The notes under the pieces are model-generated. The model saw nothing but the letters and a program-made list of their open reading frames with translations. It did not search any database and was not told the origin of the DNA. This document shows positions 27,234 through 32,000 of a stretch of 32,000 bases of DNA, in pieces. Both the position numbers and the translations under genes were made by a program. This stretch comes from an uncultured Lentisphaeria bacterium (GTDB lineage: Bacteria; Verrucomicrobiota; Lentisphaeria; JABSQK01; JAJFLO01), in NCBI GenBank assembly GCA_951812855.1, contig OX638337.1:1620001-1652000 (forward strand). Reading direction: 5' to 3'. Position 1 is the stretch's first letter. Each line of letters opens with the position of its first letter.

Positions 27234-27278
27234 TACTATTCTTCAAAATACTCTTGTATGAAAAGTTAATTGAGAAAC

Positions 27279-28997
27279 ATGGGGCTGATATTGTGGGGAA
27301 ACAATGTGATTGATGAAAATTATACCCGTATTGTATTCAGATTTAAACTATACCAGCTTCTTCAAACAGTAATTTCTCTGTTTATCTTTTCCAGCTCATA
27401 CCTGCGTGCGGAGAGCAATGAGTTTGTATTACCAACAATTACTATGGATAATATTGGTCATCTTTCTACGGCCGTGAACATCTATGTAAGTCAATTTCAC
27501 TTTATTGGAAATTCGGTTTTTCCCAATGATGAACTTGCTGAGATCACCAAAGCATATACCCGCCGAATTGTCAGCAGCGTTGAACTCGAACATGTCAGAC
27601 AAATCCTTTCCGACCATTTTATTAACCAGGGGTACGTTAATACCGTAATTACACTTCCAGATCAACCCGTTGTAGATGGTACGATTAAATTTCATATACG
27701 TATCGGTGGATTGGCACATGTTTTTGTTTCCGGAAATAAACGCCTGAAACCAGATCACATCATCAAACGCATAAAAAAAGGAATAGGTCCACAACTAAAT
27801 ATCAATCGGCTCCGGCAAAATCTGGAATTACTTCAATATGATCCAAATATAGAGAAAATTAATGCACAGTTGTTTAAACATAAGAATGTGGAAAGCTCAT
27901 TTCTTGATGTGATCATCTCTGAAAAATATCCACTGTCATTGAGTATGGAAATCAACAATTATCGTGCACCGACAATTGGAGCAGAAAGACTGAGGCTGCA
28001 TGCATCTCATTCAAATTTAACGGGAATAAGCGATACACTTGCACTGGAATATGGATTGACAGCCGGGGACATCGAAGATACGGATATATCAAATGTTGAC
28101 GATATTGATTTAACATATTCTTTCCCAATTACCGACAGCGATGCACTACTTTCACTGCGGTATAGTAAAAAGGACTCCTTGATTATAGAAAAACCGTTTC
28201 GGAAATTGGATATTGAAAGTGAATTAGAAAATTACAGTCTGACCTTATCGTATCCGTTAAAAAAATCACTGAATCAACACCTTATTCTCTCACTGATTCT
28301 GGAGCATCGACAGAATAAAACGATTATAAAATCTCTTGACCTTCCGTTATCCATCTTTACAACAGGCTCGGTTCACAGCAAAACAAAGTTAACCGTAATT
28401 CGTTTTGTGCAGGAATACCTTCATCAAACACTTAAAAGTCAAGTAATCGTTCGATCAACCATAAGTTTAGGGGTTGACGCATTTCACCCAACGAAAATAA
28501 AGGGGACAACGCGGGATGGACAATTTACCTCATGGCTGGGACAATATCAGTATATTCGACGCATCGGAAATTCAGCAAATCAATTTATCTTTCGATCAAA
28601 TTTTCAATGGACAGATGATGAATTGTTATCTTTGGAACAGTTTAGTGTCGGAGGTTACTCCAGCGTCAGAGGATATCGGGAAAATCAGCTCGTCAGGGAC
28701 AGGGCGTTTCTTTCATCAATTGAAATTCGATTGCCGATACTGTTTAATAAATCAGGTAAAGAAATTGTCCAAATTGCACCGTTCTATAATTTCGGCAGAG
28801 CAACGAATAACGGTTCTGATTTTTCAGAATTTAATGACATCTCAAGTATCGGTATTGGATTTTTGACAAATCCTCTTCGTAATCTGAAAATGGAATTATA
28901 TTGGGGTTATCCACTAAGAGATGTCGACACAAAGAATTCTGATCTGCAGGATTACGGAATTCACTTCAGCATACAACTCGGATTATTTGATAACTAG
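27279..28997 (+). CDS. Two-partner-secretion outer-membrane transporter (TpsB; ShlB/FhaC/HecB family)
   Basis: POTRA-like 'FHFIGNSVFPNDELAEITKAYTRRIVSSVELEHVRQILSDHFINQGYVNTVITLPDQPVVDGTIKFHIRIG'. C-terminal beta-barrel with 'SVGGYSSVRGYRENQLVRDRAF' and terminal 'GIHFSIQLGLF'. Start is ATG 27279 or TTG 27270. Confidence 0.82.
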   Translation: MGLILWGNNVIDENYTRIVFRFKLYQLLQTVISLFIFSSSYLRAESNEFVLPTITMDNIGHLSTAVNIYVSQFHFIGNSVFPNDELAEITKAYTRRIVSSVELEHVRQILSDHFINQGYVNTVITLPDQPVVDGTIKFHIRIGGLAHVFVSGNKRLKPDHIIKRIKKGIGPQLNINRLRQNLELLQYDPNIEKINAQLFKHKNVESSFLDVIISEKYPLSLSMEINNYRAPTIGAERLRLHASHSNLTGISDTLALEYGLTAGDIEDTDISNVDDIDLTYSFPITDSDALLSLRYSKKDSLIIEKPFRKLDIESELENYSLTLSYPLKKSLNQHLILSLILEHRQNKTIIKSLDLPLSIFTTGSVHSKTKLTVIRFVQEYLHQTLKSQVIVRSTISLGVDAFHPTKIKGTTRDGQFTSWLGQYQYIRRIGNSANQFIFRSNFQWTDDELLSLEQFSVGGYSSVRGYRENQLVRDRAFLSSIEIRLPILFNKSGKEIVQIAPFYNFGRATNNGSDFSEFNDISSIGIGFLTNPLRNLKMELYWGYPLRDVDTKNSDLQDYGIHFSIQLGLFDN

Positions 28998-29099
28998 ATA
29001 ATTCATGTCTGCTTACACAGTTCAACGATGTCAATAAATCGGTAAAAAGCGTTAAGATTCAGCCAATAATAAACTATCCATTCGAAGATTTGGCTGTGC

Positions 29100-31880
29100 C
29101 TACAAACCGTCCCATGTTTCCTTGTTGCCAATAAAAAACAGATAGGTATTTTTGCCATCCATTTCAAGATGATGGGTCTTTTGTGACTTAATTTCCTGGT
29201 TCCTGAATAATTCAAACAATGAATTCTCTTCGGGCAACTCGATTGTTCTTATGCCATCCTCAAGTGTATGGATCCCAATAAAATTGCGGTTAATAAAATA
29301 AAGATCGTTGCTGTCTGAATACACATGGGCATCTGACTCACGAATCAACTGCCGAAATATTTCGGGATTTATAAATGGTGAACCGCTATAAAATGATTGC
29401 CATTCCGGAAATTTTTTAAGTGCCATTGCCGCCTCACCACCATCCAGAAACGTTGCAAATATAGTTGCCTCATCGTCATCAACTCCAAACACCGGCGAAA
29501 ATTCGACCTTCATCGACCGCCCGGCTGCCCTGAAAGAATAGGGCCAGCCAATTACATCTGTAATATTGCGACCTAAAAATTTCCTCAGATTCTCGTTGGG
29601 ATTAAGGAAAAACCGCTTTTCCCCCGGAATCATCGTTATTGAAATATTTGACAAGGACTCAATACCCTGTACTGACAAATATTTGTCAGAGACAAAACCA
29701 TCAGCCCAGAGAGTAATAATGGTCCGGTTCCCATTTTTGAATGTGTTGATCTGCTTTAATCTATGTTCATTAATATTGAAGGTATTGAAAAAAATAATCG
29801 TCTTATAGCTATCAGGTGTTAAATCATCGATCAAAACAACATCATAGGGGACTCCAATTCGATTCCACATAATTCGAGCCATTTGGAATAAATAAAAATG
29901 GGATGATTCAAGCTTAGATTGATATTGAACATCACGATCAATACGTTGATTTGCATCAATTTTAATCGGTAAATCATGATCCGGGGCGAGGTTCAAAAAG
30001 ACGTCTGGGTCTATTACGAATGCAACCTCAGATTGCATATCATTATCTAACTTCTCCGCTTTTCTTGATATACGTTGAAACGTTTTGAAATCGGTAGAGA
30101 GATTCCCGCGACTTTGATTTAAAAAATATAAAGAGGTACCGTTTATAAAGTTTGCAACAAACTTACGCCGGTTTACCTGAATAGCAGAAACGTTTTTTAA
30201 AGGCATCCGGGAATCATTTTTTTTCTGACTGCCGCCATCAATTTTATCATGAGTAAAAAATAATTTTCCCCGCTTATTCAAGGCATCAATCAACAGACCT
30301 TCCATGCCACTGACACCGTATCCATTACGATAATCAGTTTCATCAATTACCATATCAAAATAATCAATCTGTTTTGATTTCAGTAACGTTGTTAATGCAT
30401 TTCCTGTTAAATTATAGTCATTGTTCCAAAGTTGATTCATAAAGGAAACTGGACCACCAACAATTCCGGTCAGACAATTCTGCTGAGTTATCATCTTGAT
30501 ATCGCGTGCAAACGAAATAATAAATTCAGCCCAGGATTCGTTATAAAAGAGATAACTGTCCCTGTCAACACCTGCAGTCAGTGGATGAATAAATGAACCG
30601 ATTGTGCCTTTAACCCACTTTTCTTTGGGAACATGTGAAACAGAATCCAGGGATACAGCATCCTGTTTCCAGGTCTTTTGCAATTCAGAATCTGAACCGT
30701 ATCGTTTTGTTAGCCATTCCTGAAATTTTTTTTTATAGTCTGGATGCTGATCGCGTTCTGCATAAGGGTGTTGACTATAGCGGTTCAAATCAGTAATGAG
30801 AGTACACCCGATGAAATAATCATAATCGGAGTCTCTCAAATAAGCGATTAAATACTTAACCGCAGTCTTACAATATTTGACCCACTCTGGATTCAGGTCT
30901 GATATCACGACAGGTTTTTTGAATTTGCGTTCCTGTAAATTTTTCCACCAGTCAGGTGGAGAAGCCAAAAGAATATCAATAAAAACGGTGCGATTTTCCT
31001 GTCTTCCATACCCCGACAGCAATTCATCAATATAATCATAATCAATGTAGTCGACATAATTCCAGACCGGTTTAATATCTGGGCAGCTTGAATTGTAACC
31101 ACCAAAATTAAGAATAACGCGATTTATGTTATATTCTTCAGAAGTGCCTTGAATCCCCTTGTTCTTTACTGAATCAATTGTATTCCATTGTCCCAGTTGA
31201 GCAAGTGATTTATCATTTACATGAATTCTTGGTTCTCCTGATTTACCTTTAATTATCGATACATTCCGGGGTAATGGCTTTGCAAGAGATTTTTTAATCG
31301 CATTCTGCGACGGGATGTTTCCCTGAAACGAGATTCTAAGATTTGAAATATTCAGGCTCCCTGAAGTACTGGCATTTAACAGCAAATCAATATAGAAACC
31401 TTCGATCGTATGGCTCTTCTTCAATGTACTAAACGAGACTCTCCCAATAAGACTATCCTTATTTCCTTCGGCGGAATAAACCGAAACCATTGTTGGTCCT
31501 AAAGTTGCATTAACTTCATTTTGCGAAGTATGTATTTGATCACGCCCGGGTTTCAGCATAAGGAAGACATTAGAATTGATTTTAGCGGACGTAATATTTG
31601 TCGATGAGATTTCAAATTGAATTTCACAATTAGACACAATGGTTCTCTCAAAAGGAATGAACCAGGTTGCCCTGGAGCCAGCGTCGCCTGTAATTTGAAA
31701 TTCAGTTGAATGATCAGTTTTCTTAAAAAAGGTCGCTTCAACGTTCTCAGACTTGTGGAAAACAGAAATGTCCGGGTTTGATTTCTGAAAGTCAAAAAGT
31801 ATGTTGCCCGTGCCTCTGACAGTAAGTACTGCAAAGACGAGTGTAAATATTTTTACTTGACAAAATAATTCTAAATTCAT
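29100..31880 (-). CDS. Secreted 926-aa protein: N-terminal beta-sandwich, then GH42-like TIM-barrel and GH42M-like middle domain (putative glycosidase)
   Basis: Signal-like 'IFTLVFAVLTV'. 'KKKFQEWLTKRYGSDSELQKTWKQDAVSLDSVSHVP' and 'YLFYNESWAEFI' resemble GH42 N-domain motifs. 'VAFVIDPD...IGVPYDVVLIDDL..YKTIIFFNTFNINEHRLKQINTFKNGNRTII' resembles the GH42 trimerisation-type domain. The family assignment is tentative. Confidence 0.45.
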   Translation of the reverse strand: MNLELFCQVKIFTLVFAVLTVRGTGNILFDFQKSNPDISVFHKSENVEATFFKKTDHSTEFQITGDAGSRATWFIPFERTIVSNCEIQFEISSTNITSAKINSNVFLMLKPGRDQIHTSQNEVNATLGPTMVSVYSAEGNKDSLIGRVSFSTLKKSHTIEGFYIDLLLNASTSGSLNISNLRISFQGNIPSQNAIKKSLAKPLPRNVSIIKGKSGEPRIHVNDKSLAQLGQWNTIDSVKNKGIQGTSEEYNINRVILNFGGYNSSCPDIKPVWNYVDYIDYDYIDELLSGYGRQENRTVFIDILLASPPDWWKNLQERKFKKPVVISDLNPEWVKYCKTAVKYLIAYLRDSDYDYFIGCTLITDLNRYSQHPYAERDQHPDYKKKFQEWLTKRYGSDSELQKTWKQDAVSLDSVSHVPKEKWVKGTIGSFIHPLTAGVDRDSYLFYNESWAEFIISFARDIKMITQQNCLTGIVGGPVSFMNQLWNNDYNLTGNALTTLLKSKQIDYFDMVIDETDYRNGYGVSGMEGLLIDALNKRGKLFFTHDKIDGGSQKKNDSRMPLKNVSAIQVNRRKFVANFINGTSLYFLNQSRGNLSTDFKTFQRISRKAEKLDNDMQSEVAFVIDPDVFLNLAPDHDLPIKIDANQRIDRDVQYQSKLESSHFYLFQMARIMWNRIGVPYDVVLIDDLTPDSYKTIIFFNTFNINEHRLKQINTFKNGNRTIITLWADGFVSDKYLSVQGIESLSNISITMIPGEKRFFLNPNENLRKFLGRNITDVIGWPYSFRAAGRSMKVEFSPVFGVDDDEATIFATFLDGGEAAMALKKFPEWQSFYSGSPFINPEIFRQLIRESDAHVYSDSNDLYFINRNFIGIHTLEDGIRTIELPEENSLFELFRNQEIKSQKTHHLEMDGKNTYLFFIGNKETWDGL

Positions 31881-31943
31881 TAGAAATTCATTATATTATA
31901 GTTGTGTTAATAAGTACACATACTCAATAAGGAAGAAACTATT

Positions 31944-32000
31944 ATGGGTCGTAGTCCAGATTGTGTCCTTCATTTACCGCTCGAAGATGTTTCTCGTCAG
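31944..32000 (+). CDS. 5' end of an FHA-domain-like protein (3'-truncated by the window)
   Basis: SD 'aaggaag' lies 8 nt upstream of the ATG. 'MGRSPDCVLHLPLEDVSRQ' matches the canonical FHA N-terminal motif GR..x.D..L.D..VSR.H. Only 19 codons are visible. Confidence 0.4.
   Translation, partial: MGRSPDCVLHLPLEDVSRQ

Noticed and set aside
28516-29215. ORFs 28516-28866 (+) and 29003-29215 (-)
   Set aside because: The first is an alternate frame inside the TpsB gene. The second overlaps the 3' end of the 926-aa gene and the convergent intergenic region. Neither has supporting signals.

Overview
AT-rich bacterial chromosomal window. The phylum cannot be determined from the sequence alone; AAGGAG-type Shine-Dalgarno sites precede several starts. 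Left part (1-12.8 kb): an accessory-looking cell-surface locus. It holds the last 6.9 kb of a giant modular adhesin-like gene whose 5' end lies off-window (beta-helix repeats, 4 cadherin-like 372-bp repeats, LamG, 3 near-identical 423-bp modules, cohesin-like and dockerin-like modules). Two further genes carrying cohesin-like modules follow, each behind a long AT-rich spacer. Next is a LamG gene remnant broken by a decayed ~1-kb IS4-like element that keeps its 29-bp terminal inverted repeats. Middle: an outer-membrane factor plus periplasmic adaptor efflux pair with no inner-membrane pump gene, tRNA-Thr(CGU) on the minus strand, and a nitroreductase. Then come an RfaH-like NusG paralog, a secreted coiled-coil protein, and a tightly packed same-strand cluster. 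That cluster has three SPFH/band-7 paralogs (the first fused to a polytopic membrane domain), a CPC-type P1B ATPase without an N-terminal metal-binding domain, and a DUF4177-like protein. Right part: a class I/II aminotransferase (-), a TpsB/ShlB-family transporter with no visible TpsA partner, a secreted GH42-like protein (-), and the first 19 codons of an FHA-like protein. The two best candidates for an undescribed system are (1) a non-cellulosomal cohesin/dockerin-like surface-tethering locus at about 5.7-10 kb and (2) the SPFH triad with the P-type ATPase at about 19.1-25.7 kb, possibly under RfaH-like control. All functional calls rest on motifs read from the translations; no database search was run.
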